Below, piece after piece: positions 9,475-19,956 of a DNA stretch of 58,197 bases (position 1 is its first letter; the number at the start of each line of letters is the position of its first letter). The DNA comes from a virus (taxonomy: Duplodnaviria > Caudoviricetes), in IMG/VR virus record IMGVR_UViG_3300024981_000262, positions 1 through 58,197 of that record; one strand, written 5' to 3'. A model generated the notes under the pieces. The model ran no database searches. It saw nothing but the letters and a program-made list of their open reading frames with translations, and was not told the DNA's origin. Position numbers and translations under genes: made by a program.

Positions 9475-9687
9475 CTTCGATGAGACAGCCTTCGTCATCA
9501 TGGAATGGCTTCAGTACCCCCAGGGTTTGACAACACTACCCCATCCCGGTCGCCCCACACGGGACCCCATCAAGGGACCTATGACATCGGAACCTCGCCC
9601 GTGTGGGCCGACGGGTATGAATGTTGGACTGCAAGGACGCCCGCAGTACACGACGGGTACTGCCGCCGAGGAACAATGAGTAGTTAA
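9464..9687 (+). pseudogene. Small, possibly frameshifted gene homologous to 56388-56599
   Basis: DFDETAFVIMEWL..TTLPHP in one frame and YDIGTSP in another; the homolog has HFDDELFAYEWL..KTLPLP..HDIGTSP in a single frame. Confidence 0.45.
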
Positions 9688-9701
9688 GGTTTTGCTAAGG
9701 T
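9686..9701 (+). promoter_or_regulatory. Conserved box AAGGTTTTGCTAAGGT (copy 1 of 4) upstream of T9SS cargo
   Basis: Identical 16-mer at 11427, 54671 and 56686. Confidence 0.7.
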
Positions 9702-9825
9702 ATATTCAAGCGTACTCTTGCACAGGTTGTCGCACGAGGAGCCTGTCTCTACACCTGACCGGCATCCTACTGACTCAAGGCAAATGCGGACGGTGTGAAT
9801 ACCCTCTATCATTGTGAAGGCGTCT

Positions 9826-11340
9826 ATGCGAACGTTGGCTACGTTATTCTGTGTTGGGCTCCTGGCTACGACCTTGTCGCCACTCTTCGGGCAAGAGCCA
9901 TTCGATACATCCCAGGTACGAATGCTCAGACCGGTCAAGACGTGGCTACTCAAAGGAAAGCCACCTGAAGGCATAACATACCTGAAGAACGTTGGCGGAC
10001 GAGAAGGTATCAACGTCGTCTCGACGACCATTCGGAACGGGCGCGGCAACGTGTTGTGGAATACCCGGCCCTTCGACACGACGGATCTGTTCGACTGGCG
10101 TGGCATCGACGGCGCAACCACGATCCGTGAACTGGATTATGATGGTATTCCGCCACTCGAATACATCAACGAGCGCGGCGTCGTCTGGCAGTGTGGCAAG
10201 GACCAGCCCTTGTCCTTCGTTCCCATCGATACCATCGCGTATGACAGTTGTATCCAACGTCTCGGCCCTTCAGCCGATATTGACGGCGACGGTTTCCTCG
10301 ACGCCGTTACCCTTGATCATCGGTACGACAACGGCAGAATGATGAGCATTGTTATGGGCGGCCCGAAGGCTGGAAAAGGCTGTGCGCGCGTCGCCAACAT
10401 CGAGAAAGTAGGGTACCGGACCTACCGGCACGTGAGGGCCTTCTTCCGCTCAATGGCAGGGACGTGGCGTCTCATCCAGTATGAAAAGGATTCCTACGAC
10501 TACATTTCATGGCTCATCATCTATGACCTGAATATCGTCAGGTACGACAACTGGCTGTGGGTCCACGCGGTGGCCCGCGATTCTCTCCATAGCTCGGTTC
10601 TCTCGTCTACCGACCACGGGGATTTTGGAGAGGCGTTCTGCATCACGGATACGGCGGCCAGACGCGAATGGCTCATTATGAGCCACCGGGAGGCTCCTTC
10701 GGCCCCATACATCATCAAACGCTTCGACATTACCAAGGGCCGTTTCGTCTTGGCCGAACAGCTACCGGAGGACGTGTATGTGATGGGTGTCGGCCCAACT
10801 CAGAATCTGGGCTACAGTCTTGGTACGGACCGGCCCGTCATCTTCATGAACAGGTATCTCTGCTATGCCGACAATCTCCATAAACCGTTTGCGAGATGGA
10901 AGGTGTCGGAGGACGATCCCAAGTATTCAGGCTATGGATATCCGACCGTCATCGACGATCAAACGGGTGACGGCTGGCCTGATCTTCTTGGTACGTCCAG
11001 TGTCTGGACCAGTACCACCGGAGGGTGGGATAGTTGCGCCATTATCCTTTATAGCATCGATCCGGCAGTATCTGTTCATGAGGACGATACCCCTGCGCTG
11101 ACGACGTCCTCAGCCAGACTGATGGGCGACGCCCTGGAACTCACCCTCGCCGAACCCGCGCTGGTTTCTGCGTATATCGTTGGGGTGACAGGAGAATCAT
11201 CACTTCTGGTCTCACGGCAGCACCCGGCTGGTACGACCCGTATCGACCTGGCTTCCTACCTCTGGGCCTATCCCCGTGGGGTCTACGTCGTGCGCGTTCG
11301 TATTGGCGACGCCTTTCATACGGTCAAGCTCATCCGGTAA
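9826..11340 (+). CDS. Secreted FG-GAP-like protein with T9SS C-terminal sorting domain
   Basis: Signal peptide; DIDGDGFLD and DQTGDGWPD Ca-loop motifs; C-terminal RGVYVVRVRIGDAFHTVKLIR. Confidence 0.8.
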   Translation: MRTLATLFCVGLLATTLSPLFGQEPFDTSQVRMLRPVKTWLLKGKPPEGITYLKNVGGREGINVVSTTIRNGRGNVLWNTRPFDTTDLFDWRGIDGATTIRELDYDGIPPLEYINERGVVWQCGKDQPLSFVPIDTIAYDSCIQRLGPSADIDGDGFLDAVTLDHRYDNGRMMSIVMGGPKAGKGCARVANIEKVGYRTYRHVRAFFRSMAGTWRLIQYEKDSYDYISWLIIYDLNIVRYDNWLWVHAVARDSLHSSVLSSTDHGDFGEAFCITDTAARREWLIMSHREAPSAPYIIKRFDITKGRFVLAEQLPEDVYVMGVGPTQNLGYSLGTDRPVIFMNRYLCYADNLHKPFARWKVSEDDPKYSGYGYPTVIDDQTGDGWPDLLGTSSVWTSTTGGWDSCAIILYSIDPAVSVHEDDTPALTTSSARLMGDALELTLAEPALVSAYIVGVTGESSLLVSRQHPAGTTRIDLASYLWAYPRGVYVVRVRIGDAFHTVKLIR

Positions 11341-11345
11341 AGGCC

Positions 11346-11376
11346 GGCTGTGGTAACAAGTCGCTGGTTACCAGCC
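11346..11376 (+). terminator. Hairpin after 9826-11340
   Basis: TGGTAAC(11351-57)/GTTACCA(11367-73) flanked by GGC/GCC; no strong U-tract. Confidence 0.4.
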
Positions 11377-11426
11377 TCATTCTCTTGTTCAGGGCCGGAA
11401 TGGAGGGAACAGGCAGGTTTTCAGTA

Positions 11427-11442
11427 AAGGTTTTGCTAAGGT
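11427..11442 (+). promoter_or_regulatory. Conserved box AAGGTTTTGCTAAGGT (copy 2)
   Basis: Extended match CAGTAAAGGTTTTGCTAAGGTG shared with 54666 and 56681. Confidence 0.7.
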
Positions 11443-11482
11443 GGGATGAACTGCCTGATGTCGTAGGTTGGAGGCGAGGGTT

Positions 11483-13804
11483 ATGAACTACCGTATAGTC
11501 ACAAGGAATACCGCCATGATAGCGTCAGGAATACGAAATACCGTTTGTCCATACATAGTGACGTGCCTGCTCTTGTTCAGCGGCATGTCCGCAGTAGCAC
11601 AACCGGGCGATGTGTTCATCGCCTACCCGTCGAAGGGTGGGGGCGTCCGGTATGTGACGGGCACGGCAGACGCCACGTATCAGGTGACGACGTCCGGTAT
11701 CGGGGCCCGTGTCCGTGGCAGGTGGGATACGACCCGTGCCGCAACCACCTTCACGACGTTCACGAACAGAGCAGGTACGCGCATCGAACCGGAAGAAGCG
11801 GTCGACTACCCTGTGCGCATCTACAATGACGAGTGGCCTGATGGTATCGAGGTAAAGGCATACCGCCGTCTCGTGATTCGTGGCACGTCGGGCGGCGGCG
11901 CATTGGTCGCCAGTGCGAACTATGGCCACATGTCGCTTGGTCTTCGTGGTATGGTGAAGGAAATGCCGATTGGACCGACGAAGGGGCTTGATCTCAGTCG
12001 TGCGCTCGGTGTGCGGGACGCTGTGGCCGCACCGCGTCTTCAGGGTATGACGACGGATGGTGAGCAGCTACTTGGACTGGAAACGGAAGTGCAGGTTCTG
12101 GACCCCGTCATGATCTCCGATCCCCGGATCATGTTCGCGACCTACGCGGAAGAAAACGCCAGAGCGAATTTCGACAACGAAGGGAACATCTGGCTATGGG
12201 GCTACGCCCCGTTCTTCCCCGCGATCCCCATTACGCCGGAACTGGTCGACGATTCGATCCCGCAGCGAGTGGCCAGAACGACGAAAATGACGCGGGATCG
12301 GCGTATCCTCTGGTCAACGTACGGTGGAACCTACGAGTTGCAAGGAGAAGGAAAGATTACCTTCGACCGGGATAACAACTTGGTAGCCGTGATTACTGCA
12401 ATCACAAGGCCCCCACGTTCCTCTGGAACGTATCAGGAATTTCCACGAGGATTGAATGACATCTTGGTCATGAAGATGGGACCAGATGGTCGCTTGCAGT
12501 GGTGTACCTTGGTTGGTGGTTCAGGTGACGAACTACATCCGTTCGTATCCACTGACGAGCATGGGAATATCTACGTCGTCTATGCGACAACGAGCGATGA
12601 TCTCGACGTCACGGATTCCCTGCTGAACAGAAAGCCCAATTTCCCGCGCCGCTATGACATCGGGATCACCTCCATTACTACCGACGGGAAGCACTTCCGC
12701 TGGGGAACGTACTGGTCGAGCCTCGATAGACGGGATCCGATGGACACGGTCTATGTCGGTTCCCACCCGGGAGGGATTGCCTGCGACGGACAGGGCGGCG
12801 TCATTGTCGGTATGAGCGAAGTCGATCCGTACCTACTTCCGGTCACACCCGGCGCATGGATGACGGAGCAGAAAGGTGCCAGGGAAGCACTGCTCACCCG
12901 GTTTTCGACCGAGGGGACTCTTCTCTGGAGTACGCTCATCTCGACGACAGGCGATGACTACATGTTCCAGCTAAGAAAAGAAAACGACAGCACAATCTTC
13001 ATGCAGTTCGAGCAGGACTACCGTCGGCTATTCTCGCAATTCCCACGCATGGCGGCGATCGGAGTGCCCGGATACGACTCGACGACCAAGGGAAATCACT
13101 CCTTCGTTCTCCGGTTCGGATTGGATGGGAGACCGCGCTATCTATGGGCCCCGTGGGAAACCCGGCCTCTCTACCCAAACTTCGTTCCGACAGGAGATGG
13201 GCACTACTATCGTTGGGCATACAACAACAGAATTAAGGAAAGCTCGACACCGGATAGTTTCCCGTACATGCCAGCCTACTATCGGGGTGTACGCGGCGCA
13301 CATCTGGAAGCCAGTTTTGCGATCATCGACCGCGAGTATCAGCCAGTCTTCATCTCTTCACTTCTAGGCCTTACCTACGATCAAGTAAAGTGGGCCACAG
13401 GATACCAAGGGTATCTGCTTCTTGGCGGATGGTCCTTCTCACGGGGTGCCTGCTTGACCGATACACTATGGGGTGCGGGGTATAAGAATGATGGCGACGA
13501 AATGCCATATATGGTCCTCTTGAAACCGTTCTGGACAACGAGTGTAGAACCGGAGCCACAGCCCGGCGCACAACCACCATTGCAGGTCTTCCCGAATCCG
13601 GCGAACGATATTCTGACGGTCAACGCCGAGAGTCCGGTAACAACTGCCGAACTCATCGATATGCTCGGACGAGTGGTCATGGACCTGCCTGGAGCAGAGA
13701 GCGGGATACTTCAGATCAACATGAGCGGCGTTGCATCGGGTACTTATCTCGTACGGTGCGTTGCACAATCCGGCGTGCGGCAAAGCATGGTCGTCAAACG
13801 ATAG
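11483..13804 (+). CDS. Secreted SBBP-type beta-propeller protein with T9SS CTD
   Basis: Repeats WSTYGG, WCTLVGGSGDE, WGTYWS, WSTLIS; CTD VFPNPANDILTV...SGTYLVR; start uncertain (11468/11483/11516). Confidence 0.85.
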   Translation: MNYRIVTRNTAMIASGIRNTVCPYIVTCLLLFSGMSAVAQPGDVFIAYPSKGGGVRYVTGTADATYQVTTSGIGARVRGRWDTTRAATTFTTFTNRAGTRIEPEEAVDYPVRIYNDEWPDGIEVKAYRRLVIRGTSGGGALVASANYGHMSLGLRGMVKEMPIGPTKGLDLSRALGVRDAVAAPRLQGMTTDGEQLLGLETEVQVLDPVMISDPRIMFATYAEENARANFDNEGNIWLWGYAPFFPAIPITPELVDDSIPQRVARTTKMTRDRRILWSTYGGTYELQGEGKITFDRDNNLVAVITAITRPPRSSGTYQEFPRGLNDILVMKMGPDGRLQWCTLVGGSGDELHPFVSTDEHGNIYVVYATTSDDLDVTDSLLNRKPNFPRRYDIGITSITTDGKHFRWGTYWSSLDRRDPMDTVYVGSHPGGIACDGQGGVIVGMSEVDPYLLPVTPGAWMTEQKGAREALLTRFSTEGTLLWSTLISTTGDDYMFQLRKENDSTIFMQFEQDYRRLFSQFPRMAAIGVPGYDSTTKGNHSFVLRFGLDGRPRYLWAPWETRPLYPNFVPTGDGHYYRWAYNNRIKESSTPDSFPYMPAYYRGVRGAHLEASFAIIDREYQPVFISSLLGLTYDQVKWATGYQGYLLLGGWSFSRGACLTDTLWGAGYKNDGDEMPYMVLLKPFWTTSVEPEPQPGAQPPLQVFPNPANDILTVNAESPVTTAELIDMLGRVVMDLPGAESGILQINMSGVASGTYLVRCVAQSGVRQSMVVKR

Positions 13805-13811
13805 AGACCCT

Positions 13812-13838
13812 GTCAAGACACGGCAGGTCTTGACGTTT
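13812..13838 (+). terminator. Intrinsic terminator-like hairpin
   Basis: GTCAAGAC/GTCTTGAC stem followed by GTTT just after the stop. Confidence 0.5.
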
Positions 13839-13967
13839 GGGGTGCAGTAGACGTGTGTGGTCAGGGAAAGCGGGGGCTCATCCTGATCGTTCACAAGAGT
13901 CCGTTTTCTATGCTGCATCGTAGCGGCATAGGGGCGGGCCATTCTATCTATTCAATCGGAGGTCGTA

Positions 13968-16900
13968 ATGTACATGAGACTATTCGTCATCGTTGTTCTC
14001 GTGGTGGCAGGGCAAACCACCATGCAAGCGCAGCGGCTACGGGAGTTCGATGTGTGGACTTCAGAGGCCTATGCACGGAAGTGGGTTGCTCCTGACGTTA
14101 CAGAATGGAATGGGATTAGATGGGTAGTAGCCGATACATTCGGACTCTATAACCTTCGGCCTAATAGAGTACCCGCCAGCGGAAGACCGGACTACTCGTT
14201 GAACTATGAGAACGTCCGCTCTCTCATGGTTGGCCGGTACTATGGCGCGCAGGATACGACGATCAATGGCGAGACGCAGTATGTCACGCCAATACCGTCG
14301 ATCATGCTCCTGCAATCGATACCACGAGTTGGGCCACCAGGCATACAGAGGATGCAGATCTTCTCCGTCGAATCACGTGGCTACCGGGTGACGAATCCGA
14401 CGGACAGCCGACCACGCGACGGGGGGTCGTACCGCGACAACGATATCGAGGGTCTTGGTGTTCGCCGCGACGCACTCGACAGTGCCATCGTCAGCAAATA
14501 CGACATCATGCTGGAAGGGAGCAACACGACTCATCCGACGATCCTCCGGTACGACGATGCCACCATCGATCCGCAGTGGATCATGGGAGCCGTGAGCGGC
14601 AACGTCAGGGGTGATGTCCGCGATGAAATCGTGCTCTTGTATGATGACGGTGCGCAAACCGTCGTCTACCAACTCTCGAACGACTCCTTGCTCAATCATG
14701 TCAATCCGCTGGACTATATCCTTACCCGGACGACGGCGGCAACATGGGCCTACGCAACGTTCGACGTCCGCAAGGTCACGCATACCGTTGCAGGCGACTT
14801 CGACGGCAATGGCACGGACGAAGTCGTCGCCTATTGGAAGGACGGCACGGACCAGCGCGTCTATCTTCTTCAGGCGGGGACGCCGTGGACGGTAACGCAG
14901 GTAGCGACACCGAGCGTCGGGAGTATCGACTTCGCCAATGTCATGCACGTCACCCGCGCCGACATCGACGGCGACGGCAACGATGAAATCGCTATTCTCA
15001 TGAAGAGCGGTGCCGCCGTCATGCTCATGGCGATGGAATCGATGGGCGGATGGGGGCTTCATCCCCTCACGTACACCTTCCCGACGGCGGATGCTTCTCC
15101 AACGCGGGTATTCGGCCTTACAGCAGGAAATACCGACAATGCCGGAGCCGACGAGGTTCTTATCATGGCCCAGCGTCAGGTATCGGGTACCATCACGGCA
15201 TCGCATCTGCTGTCCTGCTCGATTGCAGGCGGTGTCTGGCAGAAGAAAACCGTCACGACATGGTCACCGGCGGCCTTCAATGCCAGCAGGGTCAAGTACA
15301 TGTTCAGTGGCAACCTTGACTATGACGTGCGCCGCCGCGAGGACGTCGGGATCATGTATATGTCGTCGGGTGCGGCAGCGGAAGCGGACCAACTCATCGT
15401 CATGAACTCCTTGCCGACACATCTGGAGAACGACTTCGCCGTCGACACGACGTCGGCGTTGGGCGTGACGAAGCCCTTCCTGCCGCTCGGATGGTATGGC
15501 GTGAGACTTCACACAGGCATCCCGAACCGCACGGGCGGCACTCTCGATACGCTCTACTTCCGTGATCAGTGGCGTACAGAAACATGGCGTTCGCCGGGCG
15601 ACTACGCCAATGTCATGGGAATCAACTTCACCGCCGATTCCGGCATGATCGATGACCGTCAGCTCGACGACTACGCGCGTATCTACAACACCATCAGTGC
15701 CGAACGTCTGCATTTCACGGATGACCGGACGTATATGGGCGATCCTGTCCCGGCGGCGGATACGAGAAGCGCGGCCTACTTCTACAATTCGGCGGAGAAC
15801 GTCACGGGGCTGACGGCCTACATGAACAGGGCCTGGTCTCGGAGGCTGCGCGTGCTGCCACATCTCTCCTGCACCGAGCATGACGCCTACAACCGCATGA
15901 GCGCACCTGCCGGGGACCAGAAGTTTGTGAGTTTCGACTTCACGACCACAGAAGGCGGACCGGCGGCGGGGACGCTGCCGAACTATTTCGGTCTCATGAT
16001 GAACGGAACCGTGGAAAATCATCCCGCGTTCCTCGGCTGGTATGCGTCCGACGAGCCGTCCAATCTGCTTGGTCCCACATGGAAGTGGCATGTCCGGTTC
16101 GACGATACGGTGGCGACGAAGCGCACACCGCTGACCGTGCCGCCCATGATGCGAAGCTACTACCGGACGATGCGCTGGCGCACACCGGGCAAGCCCATCT
16201 ACATGAACTACAATTGGGCGAACGATTTTGAGTATTACAGAAATGCTCATGATGTGAATTTGTTCGACAACTATGTCTATGGACACACGTTCACGCTCGA
16301 TACGCTTCGGGCCGGTGGCGTGCCGGTCATCGCCAATGGACGCCCGGTCATCAGTAGCCGGACGCAGGACCCGGCGCAGAGCCTGAATGAGGCGGCAGTC
16401 TTGTATGGCTTTCTGACGACGCTCTGGAATCAGGTGAAGGCGACACAGCGGTGCGACAAAACAGCCGCAATGGTCATCGTGCAGGGACGTGGGGACGACT
16501 ACGTCGGCCGTGATACTGACCCCCGCAACGACGAGTTTCTTCGGAGCTATCAGGAAATGCGGAACCTGACGCCGGAAGAAGCCCGGTTCAACCTCTTCGG
16601 CCCCGCTGTTCTCGGTGCACGTGGCGCACTGTGGTGGGAAGCGACCTCATGGATGCAAGGAGCCAGTACCGACGCACGTTTCACGACGACAGACGGCGGC
16701 ACGGACCCCATGAGTGGTCAGCCGCGGCAACACGCGGCCAACAACATGACGCTCGCCAGAGCCCAGCGGGTGACCATCGACAATGCCTCGGCGGAGTTCT
16801 CGCACTATGCGAAGATCTTCCTGAACGAACGTCTACAGGGCAGAGTGTCGACGTCGGCAGCCTGGCATATGCAGGGAGCGAATATCCCGATCATCACGAC

Positions 16901-19523
16901 GGCCCTGCACTTGGACACGGCGTCGGGTGTCTACTGGCTCTTCGTCGTCAACAACAGCGCACGGGTGTACGGCGAGAACGGCGTACCGCTTGTCGACCTT
17001 GCCATATCGGGTCTTTCCGGTGGCAGCATCCCCTATCTGGTGGGCCGCGAGTTCTGGCAGAACGGCCAGAGCGAGCGGATCAACACGTCCACGATGAACG
17101 ACGGTATCCTCTCGTTCTCGACGCCCATGCGCGCATATGAAGTACGGATCTATGCCCTCTCGACATTCGCTCCCGTGGCCCCCGGCGTTCCGATTCCGGT
17201 CGACGGCGAACTCTCGTGGGTGAATCAGCGCAAGATGGTCGTCTATGCCCATGAAGCGGGTGTCGGTGTCGGCCCCCATCTCGATAACGAAACGCGCGAC
17301 TCGGTTGTCTACCATGCCGTCTACCACCGCGCCGATTGCGAAACATGTCCTGTGAACATGCAGGGCCAACGTGTCTACTACCGCAAGTCGTACCCCATGC
17401 ACCGGACCGAACCCATCGACATCATCCGCTGGCGTCCGGAAGAACACTGCGTATCGTGCCTCATCGCCGATCCGGCGCTGGGAACGACAGGTACGGGGAC
17501 GTGCGCCTACCCGTCGCTTGTCGTACGCTACGACCCGGCCCTATTCCGTGCCCGCGTCTATGTGACCTATGCCTGTGAGTTCAACGGCAGCGCCTATGCC
17601 GAGCATCCCATTACGGGACTTACGGGGAACATCCGGATCGTGGAGAACGTGTTTCTTGCCAACCCGGACATTCCTGTGATCCCGCCGGGCCAGGTCATCA
17701 GTATGACGAACGGCATGACGATCCACGACATCGGATTCCCCGTTGTTGCTGCCGTTGGTGATGGCAACATCTATGCTTATTCGGACGCTATCGAAGGCAT
17801 CCACGCCGGATGGAAGGGGCCGGGAGCGACGCAGTTCGCGGCCGGGTCACTGCGGTATATCCGTGCGGGGAATCTTGCCGCGTACGGCGACAATCATCCT
17901 TCTCTGTGGTCGTATGGCCGCCTGCATCAGAACGAACTGGAAGTGCCTCTTGTCTGGCAAGGGGGACGGATGGAGGGCGATGCCACGCAGGTCTTCTATA
18001 CCCGTGCGTATCACTCTCCTATGGGGCTCATGCTCTATGTGCCGGACTATCCGCCGTACCCGGAACCGTTCCCGGTCGTTGCAGCCGGTCAAGCCTTCCA
18101 CCTCAGCCAAGGGTGCGGCGACCATCTCCTGCCGAGCGTCCTGCGGTCGCCGAAGCAGACCGCAAACAGAGTCAACGACATTGTCTACTGGCAGAATCAC
18201 CGGGAATCCGTATGCAGTGGAGAGGACGGTAAGCCCAGCGGTTCGTTCATCAAGTCGACGTCCATTCTCACGGAAGACGCTAATGCCAACCGTTTCGACG
18301 ACCAGGTCGCACTTCCGCAGCGTCATACCATCAGTCATAAGTTTGAGCGATTGTACTCACCCAATCTGACGCACGGACGAGCCGAGTCGACCGACGCAAC
18401 ATACTCGGACCGTGTCGCTGTCTCGATGAACGGAAATACGGCACTCCTTCCTCCGATGTCGCCGCCGAGTTACTTCCGTCTTTCGTCGATCTGGTGGCTG
18501 CATGATCACGTTGCTCCCTTCGTGATCGACGTCGGCGACGTCAACCTCTACTGGCGTCACATGGACACGACGCTCGTACCCAAGGTACGTACTGCCGACT
18601 GGATGGGGGCGTTGCCACATCAATCGGTGTCGCGCAGACCCTTGGTCTATGAGGACTATAACCAGACGCGCATGATCGCGGAGTACGGGCTCAATGGAAC
18701 GGCACACCTTGGCCTGTCGCGCCTCTTCTACTACATGCGCATGGGCAGCGGCAGCGAAGCCGTCTCCTATGGCGGTGTGACGAACGGCCAAGGCGCATTC
18801 GTCGGCATCGAGGGCGTCCGTGTCAATGGCGAGGACGTCGCCGTGGGCTATGAACGGCACATGGACACGGTGGCATCCAATACCGTCACGTCTCTCGTCA
18901 GCGGCTGGTTCACGGCCCGCGGCCGTACGAACCTTGCCATAACGCTCCGGCAATCGCATCCGGGCACGACGACCTTCATGCTCGAAGACGAGCATGGCAA
19001 GCGGGTGCCTCTTCAGGGGAGCGAGATGGCGACCAGTGACGATGGCCGCGAGGCACTGTTCTCGCTTCTGACCACGGGTGGGCGCTACCGTGTCGTGGCG
19101 GATATCGCGGGTCCTGTGACCTACGAACGCAATACGCTCATTGGCGCAAACCGGCAGTCGTCGGACCAGGGCGGCGGCAGAAGCGACGACCCGGTCAAGG
19201 GCGGGGCCAATGCTCTCGTCTCCGGGGGGAACGGGGCCGTCACGGTCAACCTTGCCGAGAACGATGGCCTGGTCATCGCACCCAATCCGGCAACGGCGGA
19301 AGCCAACGTCATCCTGCCTGCCAGCATCATGGAACACCTCACGGCGACCGAACCCATGACCGTACAGGTGATTTCCCCAAGCGGCAGTGTTGTAGACGTG
19401 CCCGTCGTGACAGGAAGCGGATACGCGTCGATCACGACGACGGGACTCGCCAGTGGTGTCTATACCGTGCGCGTCGTCCAGGACGGTATCGTCATGACCG
19501 GCAGGCTGACCGTCGTGCACTGA
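13968..19523 (+). CDS. Large secreted T9SS protein: FG-GAP repeats, glycoside-hydrolase-like TIM barrel, CTD
   Basis: GDFDGNGTDE and ADIDGDGNDE repeats; HPAFLGWYASDEP GH-clan-A-like motif; CTD IAPNPA...SGVYTVRV. Confidence 0.85.
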   Translation: MYMRLFVIVVLVVAGQTTMQAQRLREFDVWTSEAYARKWVAPDVTEWNGIRWVVADTFGLYNLRPNRVPASGRPDYSLNYENVRSLMVGRYYGAQDTTINGETQYVTPIPSIMLLQSIPRVGPPGIQRMQIFSVESRGYRVTNPTDSRPRDGGSYRDNDIEGLGVRRDALDSAIVSKYDIMLEGSNTTHPTILRYDDATIDPQWIMGAVSGNVRGDVRDEIVLLYDDGAQTVVYQLSNDSLLNHVNPLDYILTRTTAATWAYATFDVRKVTHTVAGDFDGNGTDEVVAYWKDGTDQRVYLLQAGTPWTVTQVATPSVGSIDFANVMHVTRADIDGDGNDEIAILMKSGAAVMLMAMESMGGWGLHPLTYTFPTADASPTRVFGLTAGNTDNAGADEVLIMAQRQVSGTITASHLLSCSIAGGVWQKKTVTTWSPAAFNASRVKYMFSGNLDYDVRRREDVGIMYMSSGAAAEADQLIVMNSLPTHLENDFAVDTTSALGVTKPFLPLGWYGVRLHTGIPNRTGGTLDTLYFRDQWRTETWRSPGDYANVMGINFTADSGMIDDRQLDDYARIYNTISAERLHFTDDRTYMGDPVPAADTRSAAYFYNSAENVTGLTAYMNRAWSRRLRVLPHLSCTEHDAYNRMSAPAGDQKFVSFDFTTTEGGPAAGTLPNYFGLMMNGTVENHPAFLGWYASDEPSNLLGPTWKWHVRFDDTVATKRTPLTVPPMMRSYYRTMRWRTPGKPIYMNYNWANDFEYYRNAHDVNLFDNYVYGHTFTLDTLRAGGVPVIANGRPVISSRTQDPAQSLNEAAVLYGFLTTLWNQVKATQRCDKTAAMVIVQGRGDDYVGRDTDPRNDEFLRSYQEMRNLTPEEARFNLFGPAVLGARGALWWEATSWMQGASTDARFTTTDGGTDPMSGQPRQHAANNMTLARAQRVTIDNASAEFSHYAKIFLNERLQGRVSTSAAWHMQGANIPIITTALHLDTASGVYWLFVVNNSARVYGENGVPLVDLAISGLSGGSIPYLVGREFWQNGQSERINTSTMNDGILSFSTPMRAYEVRIYALSTFAPVAPGVPIPVDGELSWVNQRKMVVYAHEAGVGVGPHLDNETRDSVVYHAVYHRADCETCPVNMQGQRVYYRKSYPMHRTEPIDIIRWRPEEHCVSCLIADPALGTTGTGTCAYPSLVVRYDPALFRARVYVTYACEFNGSAYAEHPITGLTGNIRIVENVFLANPDIPVIPPGQVISMTNGMTIHDIGFPVVAAVGDGNIYAYSDAIEGIHAGWKGPGATQFAAGSLRYIRAGNLAAYGDNHPSLWSYGRLHQNELEVPLVWQGGRMEGDATQVFYTRAYHSPMGLMLYVPDYPPYPEPFPVVAAGQAFHLSQGCGDHLLPSVLRSPKQTANRVNDIVYWQNHRESVCSGEDGKPSGSFIKSTSILTEDANANRFDDQVALPQRHTISHKFERLYSPNLTHGRAESTDATYSDRVAVSMNGNTALLPPMSPPSYFRLSSIWWLHDHVAPFVIDVGDVNLYWRHMDTTLVPKVRTADWMGALPHQSVSRRPLVYEDYNQTRMIAEYGLNGTAHLGLSRLFYYMRMGSGSEAVSYGGVTNGQGAFVGIEGVRVNGEDVAVGYERHMDTVASNTVTSLVSGWFTARGRTNLAITLRQSHPGTTTFMLEDEHGKRVPLQGSEMATSDDGREALFSLLTTGGRYRVVADIAGPVTYERNTLIGANRQSSDQGGGRSDDPVKGGANALVSGGNGAVTVNLAENDGLVIAPNPATAEANVILPASIMEHLTATEPMTVQVISPSGSVVDVPVVTGSGYASITTTGLASGVYTVRVVQDGIVMTGRLTVVH

Positions 19524-19530
19524 CGACCGA

Positions 19531-19568
19531 CATAAGCCTGGCGCGGGTGAACCTGCGCCAGGCTTATG
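19531..19568 (+). terminator. Strong hairpin after the T9SS gene
   Basis: CATAAGCCTGGCGC/GCGCCAGGCTTATG perfect 14-bp stem. Confidence 0.6.
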
Positions 19569-19956
19569 CTACTGAAAAGCTACTACATGGGTGAGCCCCC
19601 GCACACCTATTTCGCAGCCGCTTCAGCACATTAGCGGCCCAGCGGAATCCGGACGAGACCCGCATGGCCTGCGCCATGCGGGTCTTCTGTCCTGCGTGAG
19701 TTCGCCCCCGAAGTTCTCCCATATGTCTCACACCTGGACAGAGACAAGATACCGTAATCGATCACTACACGGGTGATCCCCCGCAAACCCATTCTACAAC
19801 CACATCGCTGTATGGCTGATATCCATGTCATGCGGGTGGCTCGTCATAGAAACGACGAGCGATGACAGAAGGAATAACTTTCCTTAAAGTATTATGTTGT
19901 AGGTTTCAGGACCCTACGTTCGTTGTAAGTCCTTGTCATAGTCACAGGAACGTCCC

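Noticed and set aside
11346-11376. Integron attC site between cargo genes
   Set aside because: TGGTAAC/GTTACCA does not fit RYYYAAC/GTTRRRY and is too short; the integrase lacks evident IntI features
14373-19520. Long antisense ORFs (14373-15206, 15264-16286, 18357-19520) and similar shadow ORFs in the late operon
   Set aside because: Opposite-strand shadows of high-GC genes with no motifs
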